Below are positions 9,309 through 17,885 of a DNA stretch of 32,122 nt, piece by piece (position 1 is the stretch's first letter; every line of letters starts with the position of its first letter). The notes beneath the pieces were generated by a model. The model saw only the letters and a list, made by a program, of their open reading frames with translations. It did no database searches and was not told the origin of the DNA. Position numbers and translations under genes: made by a program. Origin of the DNA: a virus (lineage: Duplodnaviria; Caudoviricetes); IMG/VR virus record IMGVR_UViG_3300038674_000026, positions 1 through 32,122 of that record, one strand, 5' to 3'.

Positions 9309-9367
9309 TATACACACCCCCTAATGTATGAGTTGACGGCGTCGCCGTCTAAGGCGGCCGCGGCGCG

Positions 9368-10873
9368 TTAACCGTCTTCGTCATCATCACCGCCCCCGCT
9401 GCTCCCAACCGTTTCTGCGGCTTTTTTCCCGTAGATGATCCCGGCGATGTCGAGGCCTTTATCCTTTGCGTACGCTTCGACCTCGGCCATGTCGTCAAGC
9501 ATTTCCTTCCAATCCTTACCCGCCTCGGCGGCGATCTGCTTGAACGTCTTCTGGCCGCTGGAGAGCGCCGTTTCGTTGGCCTTGCTTTCTTTGCCTGGAT
9601 CTATCCATTTCTTCGGCATGGACACAAACTCGTGGGCGAGGTAATCCTCTTTTTTCTGCCAGAAACCCGGCACGTTGATAAGCCCCGCCAGATAGCAGGA
9701 GATGACGAATGTCTCATATACCTCGGACATGAAGTCTTCGCGGAGTAGTTCGATTTCCTCCGCATAGGTGTATTCGTCTTCGATGCTGTTCTGCCGCGCC
9801 GAACTGTATGTCGATGCGGACATGTCGCGGCTTGCCGCCTCGTAAGAAAGCCCCTGCCCTGCTCCAATGAGTCCGGTCTGGAGCTTCAGAAAGGCGGCCG
9901 CGTCGCTGCCGGCACCCTTTGGTTCGACGACATGGACATCGTCGCCAACGTTCATTTCCTGGATCATTCCGGGCGCGAGGCGCTTGCTGGCGTAATCAAT
10001 TTTCTCGCCGGCGCTCACTGCGTTGGCGCTCCGGCCGAGGCCTCCCGTCGGGTACGCTCTTTTGATAAAGACTGCAAGGCACGCGGCAATGCGTTCCTTC
10101 ACGCTCACGGCAGTAATAAACTCGTTCGTGTCACGGATGCGCGTCATGGTCGGCGTCAGGTCGCTGATTTCGCGTATCTGCGACGGCCTGTGTTTGGTGT
10201 AAAGAAAGATAACATCCTTCGCCGGGATATATTTCGCGTCGTTGATCTCGAAGCCATCAATGCTATATTGCCGGATCCAGTAGCCGACCGGCTTGTTATA
10301 CGCGCTGTACTCGACGCCTCCGACAACCTTGTTTCCCTTCGTCCTCGGCGTGATCTGCGTGGTGTCCAGCTCGTCGACTTCAATCGCCTGCAGTTGAAAC
10401 GGCACCATTCCTTCCGACGTGTAACGCTTCAAAAACAAAATACCGCCGTCGACTTTTTTCCGGTCGACGGCCATTCTTTGCATCCTGTTGAACGACTGCG
10501 TTCCTGTTACATCGCAGTTCTTAGCCTTGCACCAGCGTTTCCATAAAAGCTCGAGCTGATCGTTAAGCGCTTCGTCAGGCGTCCTTGCCTGGAGCGTAAA
10601 GCCCCGGCCAATCACATTGCGGCGATAAGCACGAAGTAGCGACTGCGTGATGTCGCTGTTCCGCTCCAGATCGCGCGCTCTCGCCCTGATGATGTCCCGG
10701 TTGTTTCTGTCGGCATTCTCTGCGCTCTCATTTGCAAGCCGCCAGTTGGCGTTCAGCCGCCCGGTGCCGGCGGCGTCGTAACTCTTCAGATCCTCGTAAG
10801 CCTGACGCCAGGCCTCCCGGGCATATGCCGCCTTGGGAGATACGGCGCCGATAAGGCTGTCAATAAAACTCAT
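9368..10873 (-). CDS. Portal protein, lambda family
   Basis: 501 aa; IRARARDLERN, RPSQIREIS, YSSARQ and KWIDPGKE motifs. Confidence 0.93.
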   Translation of the reverse strand: MSFIDSLIGAVSPKAAYAREAWRQAYEDLKSYDAAGTGRLNANWRLANESAENADRNNRDIIRARARDLERNSDITQSLLRAYRRNVIGRGFTLQARTPDEALNDQLELLWKRWCKAKNCDVTGTQSFNRMQRMAVDRKKVDGGILFLKRYTSEGMVPFQLQAIEVDELDTTQITPRTKGNKVVGGVEYSAYNKPVGYWIRQYSIDGFEINDAKYIPAKDVIFLYTKHRPSQIREISDLTPTMTRIRDTNEFITAVSVKERIAACLAVFIKRAYPTGGLGRSANAVSAGEKIDYASKRLAPGMIQEMNVGDDVHVVEPKGAGSDAAAFLKLQTGLIGAGQGLSYEAASRDMSASTYSSARQNSIEDEYTYAEEIELLREDFMSEVYETFVISCYLAGLINVPGFWQKKEDYLAHEFVSMPKKWIDPGKESKANETALSSGQKTFKQIAAEAGKDWKEMLDDMAEVEAYAKDKGLDIAGIIYGKKAAETVGSSGGGDDDEDG

Positions 10874-10885
10874 ACCGCGTCCTCC

Positions 10886-11098
10886 TCAGCGCCCGTCGAA
10901 GACGGCCACGTAGGTATTCTCTAAAAATTCGCCGGACGTACCTGACGCGATCTGCGCTTTTATGTCAGCTATTTCAGCTGTTATTCGCGACAAGTCGGCC
11001 CTCGTTAGGCGACGATTTCCAATTTGATAACTTTGGCCTCCGACCAATATCGAGGTTCTGGCTTCTTCAAGTTGCCGTAAATATTCTTCCTGTGTCAT
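10886..11098 (-). CDS. Head-tail joining protein, lambda gpW-like
   Basis: 70 aa immediately before the portal; GQSYQIGNRRLTRADL motif. Confidence 0.85.
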   Translation of the reverse strand: MTQEEYLRQLEEARTSILVGGQSYQIGNRRLTRADLSRITAEIADIKAQIASGTSGEFLENTYVAVFDGR

Positions 11099-11866
11099 TT
11101 ACGCGCCCTCCATGCTGGAAAAAGACCATCTATATCCGCCAGTCGTTTTCCTTTTGCCCCGGCAACACGCTGATATTTTAGAAAAGTCGATGCCTGTTTC
11201 TTTGCTGGCTTCAGCGGCTGAACCCCATTCTTTTATGAGGGATCCGTCTAAGCCAATTTGTAAAACCGGCTTTTTTGGTATTGCCGCAACGCGCCGCTCT
11301 TCCCATTCGGAACTTCTATTATTTTGAGCTATTTTCATTCGCTCCACCGTTTCTGCGGAATGCTTATATCCTTTATGTGAAGCGCTCATTTTTGCGCGCG
11401 TTTCTTCTGACGGATGTACGCCGGTTGCGGCTTTCCTTATTTTTTCAATCGTTTCCGGAGACCTATTTTTTGCTCTTAAACTAAGCTTTTCGCGCCACGC
11501 GTCTCCCCTGGACCTGTTGCTCTCTCCGATTATTCTCCGAGTCTCATCACTTACTACTTTTCCCTTGTTTCCGCCATGTTCTATGTTGTATCCATAAAAA
11601 CGATCTGCTGATCGAAGCTTAGTTATTAATTCTTTTTCAACAGTTTCGGCATCCTCCTTTTTTAAGCCCGAATCAACAATGGTGTGCCTGATGTTTTCCC
11701 ACCCATATTTTCTAATCGCGTCATAAATTATCGGCTGGCTTTTGTATCTGCACCCATTTGCACCCCATCGCTCTAAGGGATCTGCCGATGTAATTCCGAC
11801 ATACGTTTTACCGTTTGGAAACTCATGTAAATAAACGCTATAACTTCTCACGTTGTTCACAATCAA
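11099..11866 (-). mobile_element. Free-standing GIY-YIG homing endonuclease with NUMOD3 repeats and a NUMOD1-like C-terminus
   Basis: SVYLHEFPNGKTYVG, GYN, repeated SxET(R/I/V)x(K/R)(M/I) units, and KPVLQ..IKEWGSAAEA..ISACCRGKRKTTGGYRW. Visibly more AT-rich than the flanks, and it separates terL from gpW. Confidence 0.88.
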
Positions 11867-11872
11867 TACTCC

Positions 11873-13714
11873 TTAAAGCCAATTTTCATGCTGCTCTATC
11901 CAACTCTCTTCAGGTGCGGCTTGCTTGTCTTTTTTAGGCGCCGACCGTTTTTCCCGCTCCGCCTGCACTTGAAGGAACAGGCTGCGCACACCCTTGACGT
12001 CGGCCGCAGCCATGGCATAAACCTCGCAATCCAGCATATGGTTCGCCGCATGGCTCGTTTTACGCTTCCACACAATTTTCTCGCGTCCGCCGGCACCGCG
12101 CTCGACGACCTTGTGTTCGGCCGTCACCTGCTCGGCGTATTCCTGGTCGCAGCCCTTATAAACCATCCATGCCCCTCTGTCTCCGACCGGCTTCTGGAGC
12201 CTTGCCGCGATCATATCCTTGTACTTCCCGCCATCCACCAGTACAAGCGGCATGCCGTACCCTTTTGACTCCGTTTTGTTGACGGTAGACAGCCGATAAT
12301 GGCTTAATTGGGTATCAACGCCCTTGGCCGGCAGCGCCCAATCTGAATTCATCGCGCAGAAATCATAAACCTCGTCGGTTTGGTCGCCCGAGTCCACAAG
12401 CGCCAGTTCGACGAGTATGCCATCTCCATTCTGCTTTCTATACTCAAGATTCATGAGCTGTTCAATCTCGGTAAAACTGAACACCTGGCCGTGCGCTATA
12501 TTTTGTGAAGTGATAAAGTCGCCCCAGGCGCGGACCGTCCAGTACAGACAGTTTTCCTGTACGTCAACGCCGGCGGTCAGCAGCTTCGCCCAGTCGGGCA
12601 CAACATAAGCTTCAAGCTCCGTCTGGCGTTCAAGGACAAGCTCGGCATTCGTTTTTAGCTTTGTGTCCTCCCAAGGCTCGGCCAGCCAAGAGTTAACAAA
12701 GTTTTGCAGCTTCTCCGGGTCGTCCTTCGAATCCATAAACTCGCGGGCAATCTCTGAAAACCGCACAAACGGAGAGTAGAAAGTGTTAATCCAGAAGGCT
12801 ACCTTCGTGACGATTTTTGCGCTCATCCGGACGGCGCGCCACTGGCCATGCCGCAGCATGCGCATCTTGTCGGCGTCCGTGATGATGCAGCCGCACTCCT
12901 GGCACTCGTAATAAGCCATGTCGGCGCGGTCGGCGTTCGACAGGCCGCCTTCCTTGCCCGGCCATTTCAGCTGAGCAAATTTAAACTCGATATATTTGCC
13001 GCAATGGGGACAGGGAACGAAATAATGCCGCTCCTCGTCCGCGGCTTCTTTGGCCTTCCAGATTGGGCCGGTTTTCAGTGTCGGGGTTGACACCATGCAT
13101 ATTTTCCGGTTCGGAAACGTCTTTGTTCTTTCCCGCGCGAGGCTGATCGGGTCCGCTTCCTTCTTCGAAGCGCCTGGGTATTTATCAACCTCGTCAAGAA
13201 AGAGATACCGCACCGGCTTTGACGCCAGGCTCGACGGGCTATTGGCGCCGCAGATTGACACGTACATGGAATCGAACTGAAGCTCAAGTTTGCTGGAATC
13301 ATTCTCACGGAATCTGTCGGCCAGCTGCGACGAACTTCTGAACATTGGCACAAAGCGGTTATCGCTTGTCCATTCGCCAAGCTTATCGGTCGGAAGAACG
13401 TACATCGTCGGCGCCGGGTCCTGCGTTATAGCGTACCCAAGCATATTGAGAAGGCTCTCTGTGCCGCCCAGTTGCGTCGCCTTTATAACGTCGATTTCCT
13501 CGACTTCAAAATCACAAAAGGCGTCCATGATCTCGGTCAGGTACGGCGTCATTGTGTTGCGCCATGGTCCCGGCATGGCCGACGACTTCTCGTTGAGCAT
13601 CCGGTACCGCTCGGCCCATTCCGAAACTGAGATATCTTCCGGCGGCTTCAGGTGCTCCAGCGCGGCGGCGATGTAACACGGAATGCTGTATTTGCGATGC
13701 GTGAATCTTCTCAC
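11873..13714 (-). CDS. terL: Terminase large subunit, lambda gpA family
   Basis: 613 aa; GPWRNTMTPY, KATQLGGTE (Walker A), YLFLDEVDKYP (Walker B), STPT, CPHC..CQEC, AGVDVQ and NHMLDC. Confidence 0.96.
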   Translation of the reverse strand: MRRFTHRKYSIPCYIAAALEHLKPPEDISVSEWAERYRMLNEKSSAMPGPWRNTMTPYLTEIMDAFCDFEVEEIDVIKATQLGGTESLLNMLGYAITQDPAPTMYVLPTDKLGEWTSDNRFVPMFRSSSQLADRFRENDSSKLELQFDSMYVSICGANSPSSLASKPVRYLFLDEVDKYPGASKKEADPISLARERTKTFPNRKICMVSTPTLKTGPIWKAKEAADEERHYFVPCPHCGKYIEFKFAQLKWPGKEGGLSNADRADMAYYECQECGCIITDADKMRMLRHGQWRAVRMSAKIVTKVAFWINTFYSPFVRFSEIAREFMDSKDDPEKLQNFVNSWLAEPWEDTKLKTNAELVLERQTELEAYVVPDWAKLLTAGVDVQENCLYWTVRAWGDFITSQNIAHGQVFSFTEIEQLMNLEYRKQNGDGILVELALVDSGDQTDEVYDFCAMNSDWALPAKGVDTQLSHYRLSTVNKTESKGYGMPLVLVDGGKYKDMIAARLQKPVGDRGAWMVYKGCDQEYAEQVTAEHKVVERGAGGREKIVWKRKTSHAANHMLDCEVYAMAAADVKGVRSLFLQVQAEREKRSAPKKDKQAAPEESWIEQHENWL

Positions 13715-14307
13715 TTCTTACCGCCGCCTTTTTTGGCGCCGGTGGCTTTTTTCTTGGTTGACTTTGCAGTGCTGGCCGCTTTTGAGGATATGCCCATCCC
13801 GCTCTGTCCGGCAACAACGAAGGATTTAAGCATGCTGGTGACATCTTTTGAGATATCCTTCTCGATAGCGCGCGCCGTTATTGGGTCGACATGTCCGGCG
13901 ATCATGCTCGACACCCGGTTTGGAATTGCCAAAAGAAACTTCTTCAGGATGACGAAAAAGCGGCTGTAGTCCAGCTGGACCTCTTCAACCAGCAGATACT
14001 TGCCGCTGTTTATCTCGTGCCGCATGCGCTTCAGTTCGCTTTCCGTCTCTTTAAGCGATACCTCCGCGCGGAGCTTTTTATCCTCAAGATCGGCTCTCTG
14101 CCTCGACCGCTCTTGGCCGGCCGCCTGCTTTAACCGGTGCTCAATGTAAGCCTGGATGCTGTTCACCATCGGGAGCAGTTTCTTTCGCTTATCGTCCGGA
14201 TCCTCAACGGCCTTTAAAACATCTTCTTGAGATAGCCGCTGAATCGTTCGTAAATTAACGCCGACAATCTCGGCAAATCTCGCCATCGTCACATGCTCGG
14301 CATCCAT
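13711..14307 (-). CDS. terS: Terminase small subunit (Nu1-like)
   Basis: Start MDAEH at 14307 after GAGGTGA; N-terminal HTH (FAEIVGVNLRTIQRL), coiled coil, LLAIPNRV; overlaps the terL start. Confidence 0.85.
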   Translation of the reverse strand: MDAEHVTMARFAEIVGVNLRTIQRLSQEDVLKAVEDPDDKRKKLLPMVNSIQAYIEHRLKQAAGQERSRQRADLEDKKLRAEVSLKETESELKRMRHEINSGKYLLVEEVQLDYSRFFVILKKFLLAIPNRVSSMIAGHVDPITARAIEKDISKDVTSMLKSFVVAGQSGMGISSKAASTAKSTKKKATGAKKGGGKK

Positions 14308-14377
14308 CCCATCACCTCTGATTGTACGGTTTGACCCGACAAGTCTCAAAAAAAATCATTTTTATCCAGGCTAATTA

Positions 14378-14422
14378 CGGGTGTCGCAGGACCCGCACGT
14401 CATTTTTCCTTAGGAAGGACCC
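14378..14422 (-). other. Lambda-like cos packaging site (cosQ + cosN)
   Basis: Minus strand GGGTCCT (14422-14416), a 23-nt spacer, then GTCCTGCGACAC (14392-14381) flanked by CGG and CCG, about 75 bp upstream of terS. Confidence 0.8.
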
Positions 14423-14431
14423 GTTCAAGCC

Positions 14432-14752
14432 TCAATCCCTTATCTCATGCACTTCATATCCGCATCCGCAGCTGAAGAACGTCGCCGTCATCGTCTCGGT
14501 CTTAACCAACGCTTTGCCGCATCGTGGACATCGCGGGACGGTATCACTGCGCTTGATCAGATACGCCATGCCGAACGGTCGCTTACAAACTTCGCATTGC
14601 CCCTTGCTTTGGTTGCCGGTCTCGGCTACTACGTCCAGCCTGGCTTTGCGGTAGTCGTCGGCGCAGTGTGCGCATAGACAGATTGGTTCATACACCTTCG
14701 ACGCCTCCCCGCTATCAGCAAAACAAAAACCGCTCGATGGTTTTTCCATCAA
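14432..14752 (-). CDS. Small Cys-rich (zinc-ribbon-like) hypothetical protein
   Basis: CAHC, CEVC, CPRC and CGC motifs in 106 aa; start uncertain, weak RBS. Confidence 0.55.
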   Translation of the reverse strand: MMEKPSSGFCFADSGEASKVYEPICLCAHCADDYRKARLDVVAETGNQSKGQCEVCKRPFGMAYLIKRSDTVPRCPRCGKALVKTETMTATFFSCGCGYEVHEIRD

Positions 14753-14843
14753 ACGGTCTGCTCTCGCGCGCGTAGATTATGCTTATACTTGATATATACC
14801 TACACATTTACTCATTACTGTAGATAGATCTGAGTATAGACAA

Positions 14844-14870
14844 AGAGAGCGTCTATCCCAGACACTCTCT
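14844..14870 (-). terminator. Hairpin / probable terminator just downstream of the late promoter
   Basis: Minus strand AGAGAGTGTCT-GGGAT-AGACGCTCTCT followed by TTGTCTAT. Confidence 0.55.
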
Positions 14871-14884
14871 ACTGGCAACTATTC

Positions 14885-14915
14885 ATGCTAGCAATTCTAA
14901 GCTATATTTTGTCAA
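14885..14915 (-). promoter_or_regulatory. Putative late promoter
   Basis: TTGACA (14915-14910), 19-nt spacer, extended -10 TGcTAGCAT; lies at the 3' end of the regulator gene. Confidence 0.5.
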
Positions 14916-15402
14916 GTGTCAAGGTTACCCCTTTTTGAACGCCGCAAACGGCTGCGGCAGTAAGGATTGCGAGCCTGTAGTTTTTAAAAGTTCTCTCGGA
15001 AATCCGCATCTTTGCGCAGGCTTCATCCATCTTCAACTGCTTTTCGAACACAAGCTTTATGAATCGCAGCGCCTTTTTGTTTCCGCTGTCTTCGTATTGT
15101 TGAATCAACCAATCAAATACTCCGTTCCATAAAGCGTCCCTCTCGTCGGTGGCGTACTTTTGCATAATGCCCTCGATCCGGGCTTCCGAAGGACGCGGTC
15201 TTCCGCCACCACCGGAGACGCGAGGTTTGGCGTAGTCAATTGCCGCTGAGTCGGTCGGCCCTGGTGCAGGTCCGCTGACGCTCAGATAGTCGATTATGTC
15301 TCGTGCTTCGCGTGGGCGCATCCCGCTCCGCGCCTTACGGTCAAAGTAGGCGCGGAATTCTTCGGCTATGTAATCGGTTGTCTTTTGGGGTAATGCCTGC
15401 AT
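14902..15402 (-). CDS. Putative late transcription regulator (RinA/ArpU-like, C-terminal HTH)
   Basis: Start MQALP after AAAGGAG; AIDYAKPRVSGG and MDEACAKMRISERTFKNYR; last gene before the packaging module. Confidence 0.7.
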   Translation of the reverse strand: MQALPQKTTDYIAEEFRAYFDRKARSGMRPREARDIIDYLSVSGPAPGPTDSAAIDYAKPRVSGGGGRPRPSEARIEGIMQKYATDERDALWNGVFDWLIQQYEDSGNKKALRFIKLVFEKQLKMDEACAKMRISERTFKNYRLAILTAAAVCGVQKGVTLTLDKI

Positions 15403-15418
15403 CCCGCGCTCCTTTCGT

Positions 15419-15643
15419 TTATGAAACGTCTCCATACGCCCTGTCATATGCCGCACGCTCTGCCGCCTCTGCCTGCTCCGGTGGCGCGTAGAACGAGCAT
15501 ACGCCGTCGATCAGGCAGTATATATCCCTCAATGCCGTGCAGTATGGCTTGCCGTTTTCGTCCCGCCGAAATCCGAAGCAGTGAATGTCGTGGTCGTGGA
15601 ACGGCGGCACGTCGGACGCGAGCTTAGCTTTGCCGTGGCTCAT
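15419..15643 (-). CDS. Small Cys-containing hypothetical protein
   Basis: AGGTGA RBS; CFG..CTAL..YC...CSFY pattern; overlaps the upstream gene. Confidence 0.6.
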   Translation of the reverse strand: MSHGKAKLASDVPPFHDHDIHCFGFRRDENGKPYCTALRDIYCLIDGVCSFYAPPEQAEAAERAAYDRAYGDVS

Positions 15644-15911
15644 CGTTCACCTGCTTTGCCTCTTGGGCAGCCTCCCTCTTCTTCCACAACTCACCGTGAG
15701 GATATTCCCACGTCATAACCGTTTCAAGTCGGCCCTGTTCGCGATTGTGCTTTATAAACTCGTCGTAATCCAACTGCATCAGCGGCGCGGCGCAGCTCGG
15801 GCAGATCGGAATAGCATACGGCGGAGGCGATTTTTTTGCTTGCCAACCTTTTTTTGTGTCAAACCACATTTCGCAACGAATGCAGTAGACAGCTAACCGT
15901 TGCTTATCCAT
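15624..15911 (-). CDS. Hypothetical zinc-ribbon protein
   Basis: CIRC...CPSC; GGGAGG RBS; coupled to the DUF5131 gene. Confidence 0.6.
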   Translation of the reverse strand: MDKQRLAVYCIRCEMWFDTKKGWQAKKSPPPYAIPICPSCAAPLMQLDYDEFIKHNREQGRLETVMTWEYPHGELWKKREAAQEAKQVNDEPRQS

Positions 15912-16752
15912 TGGCACCCTCCCTTCTCAATTCCTGCGGCCATTCGCGCCGCATGTTCTCTGCTCCGACGACAGGGATCAGCGAATCTTTCATGAAGACC
16001 GGGACGCCGTAATGCTCGCAGGCTTTGACTATGGCATCGATCCACTCTTTTTCCGGTGCCACCTTACCGCGACGGTTTCCGGTCTCCGCACCGAGGATAA
16101 CCCAGTCGACATTCTGGAAGTTCTGGATACGCTTGTCCTCCAACGCCTCATGCAACGGTTCGATCGACAGAAACGTTTTACATCCCGTTCCGACGAATGA
16201 TTCATACAGGGCATATCCCCGGCTATCGAAGTCCTTATCGCACGTCACCGTCGTGCCATACCAGAAGTTGTCCTCCTGCGGCAGGATCGACATGCGTTGG
16301 AGCTCGCCGTATCGCGCCGGGTTCTTTGTCAGGAACAGGTACCGATGCTGCGGCGCGGCGAGGCAGGCGTCCATGACGTTCATGATCCATCGCGTCGGTA
16401 CCCAGCGGCCGAACAGGTCGCCCATGTCCACAACAAAGATGTTCTGCGGCTTTTTTGCATACTTCGGCTCGTTCAGGCGGTAGCGGTGGAATGTCGGGTC
16501 GAATCCGAATGGATAGGGCGCTTGAACGCTATGCACGGGAACGCTTCGGTTTTTCCCCGTCGTATGGCGATACATCGGCTTTTCAAGATCGTGCATTTCA
16601 CCATTCGCCCCAATGTTTCTCAACTGCTCCTCGCTCCAGTATCCAGAAAACCGCCGAGCGATCCCACGCGCGTAGCAGTAGTCGCAGCCATGTTCGCAGC
16701 CTGTGACTGGATTCCATGACGCGTCGCACCATTCTATTTTCGTCTTATTCAT
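15904..16752 (-). CDS. DUF5131 (phage Gp37/Gp68) radical-SAM-like protein
   Basis: TKIEWCDASWNPVTGCEHGCDYCYA, IFVVDMGDLFG, LFLTKNP, FLSIEPL, DWVILGAETG and PVFMK motifs. Confidence 0.9.
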   Translation of the reverse strand: MNKTKIEWCDASWNPVTGCEHGCDYCYARGIARRFSGYWSEEQLRNIGANGEMHDLEKPMYRHTTGKNRSVPVHSVQAPYPFGFDPTFHRYRLNEPKYAKKPQNIFVVDMGDLFGRWVPTRWIMNVMDACLAAPQHRYLFLTKNPARYGELQRMSILPQEDNFWYGTTVTCDKDFDSRGYALYESFVGTGCKTFLSIEPLHEALEDKRIQNFQNVDWVILGAETGNRRGKVAPEKEWIDAIVKACEHYGVPVFMKDSLIPVVGAENMRREWPQELRREGANG

Positions 16753-16754
16753 TG

Positions 16755-17216
16755 TTATCTTCCCTCCAGCATCGGTAGCAGCGACGGCATTTCGCCCGTT
16801 TCATACATCCGCGCGATCTGCGGCAGAATGACTTCGCCTACGGTCTGGCCGCTCGGCAGGAGCGTATCAGCAAAGAATTCATGCTCCCAGGTCGTGACCT
16901 CCGCCTCGATGGCCTCCAGCTTCGCCTTGATAAGCAGCAGCATCACGCGCCATATCTGCCGTTCAGCTTGTTTGTATGCTGACTGTTGGGCGTCCTTCGT
17001 GCGCAGACGGCCCTGATCGGTGAGCCGGTAATCCTCCATCCTGGGCAGCGGGACCGTGATCCGCGCCTGACGGCCCTGCATCTTGAATGCGAACATGGCC
17101 GTTTTATCGGTCGTCGCGTAGGCAAACGCCTCGGCCCCATACCGCTGAAGGGTTTCTTCAATCTCTGCGCGGGACCGTGCCGGCGTGACTGTGGTATCGG
17201 CTGCGTATTTTGCCAT
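16755..17216 (-). CDS. Phage hypothetical protein
   Basis: AAAGGAG RBS; YAADTTV..RSRAEIE..L..YGA and WRVMLLLIKAKLEAIE resemble a recurrent phage family. Confidence 0.75.
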   Translation of the reverse strand: MAKYAADTTVTPARSRAEIEETLQRYGAEAFAYATTDKTAMFAFKMQGRQARITVPLPRMEDYRLTDQGRLRTKDAQQSAYKQAERQIWRVMLLLIKAKLEAIEAEVTTWEHEFFADTLLPSGQTVGEVILPQIARMYETGEMPSLLPMLEGR

Positions 17217-17264
17217 TCTGTATCGCTCCTTTCGTAGGTTGGCCCCAAAATGTGGGGCGAACCG

Positions 17265-17582
17265 CTAAAATAAACTGATCTGCTCTTGTACGGGCGGTGG
17301 CGGTTCGGCATGCTTCTGGTCCCGCTGTGCAAGCAATTCTTCAACGCGCTCAACACCCAGAAGCCTGTATGCCTTTTCCCGCTCGTAATCCTCCATGTTT
17401 TCAAGGCCGACCGTCAGGATTTTATCTTCAATGCGTTTGAGCTTTTTGGCCTTTGAAGCCTCCCGCTTCTGGTGTTTTTGCTCTTTTGCGGCCTTCAGCG
17501 CGTCCGCGCTGTGTTGTATCTCGATCCCCTCGGCGGCGTCCCTGAGGTCCTGGAGCAGGTCACGTGCTTCACGGCGGGCGGC
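17265..17582 (-). pseudogene. Start-less 3' remnant of a phage gene
   Basis: 106-codon open frame AARREARDLLQDLRDAAEGIEIQHSAD...VQEQISLF*, closed upstream by TAG with no RBS or start at its 5' end. It begins at the end of the DUF3850 domain. Confidence 0.65.
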
Positions 17583-17833
17583 GTTATGCCGAGCGCGACA
17601 TATCCGCTATGGTGCGGGCGGTCATCGCCGGGGAGATAAGTTAAGTCTAGTAAGTACGTTATCTGCCGCACAATGCTGTCGCCGGTGTAACTGCTTGTTT
17701 TAGGGTCGTACTCCTGCAATACCAAACAGTCGCCAACGGCATACGGCCTATCCCATTTGCGAATCTCAAACGGCTTTGCGCCGGTCTTTACGGCCCGAAA
17801 GTATTCAGGCCAGCATTTTAGGTTGTGCTCCAT
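17495..17833 (-). CDS. DUF3850 (ASCH/PUA-like) protein with read-through tail
   Basis: HNLKCWPEYFRAVKTGAKPFEIRKWDRPYAVGD.L.LQEY...GYVALGI; the last ~28 aa run out of frame over the remnant. Confidence 0.85.
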   Translation of the reverse strand: MEHNLKCWPEYFRAVKTGAKPFEIRKWDRPYAVGDCLVLQEYDPKTSSYTGDSIVRQITYLLDLTYLPGDDRPHHSGYVALGITPPAVKHVTCSRTSGTPPRGSRYNTARTR

Positions 17834-17885
17834 TCGTGTTCTCCTTTCACGCTAAACATAGCGTCGTTATGTTCCTGTCTTTTCC
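17834..17885. repeat. 52-bp perfect direct repeat, copy 1
   Basis: tcgtgttctcctttcacgctaaacatagcgtcgttatgttcctgtcttttcc. Confidence 0.95.

Noticed and set aside
11099-11872. Group I intron around the GIY-YIG gene
   Set aside because: terL and gpW both look complete, and only 6 and 0 bp flank the ORF, leaving no room for a ribozyme core.
17237-17263. GCCCCA-AAATG-TGGGGC hairpin as a terminator
   Set aside because: No U tract follows on the coding strand; it is probably only an intergenic stem.
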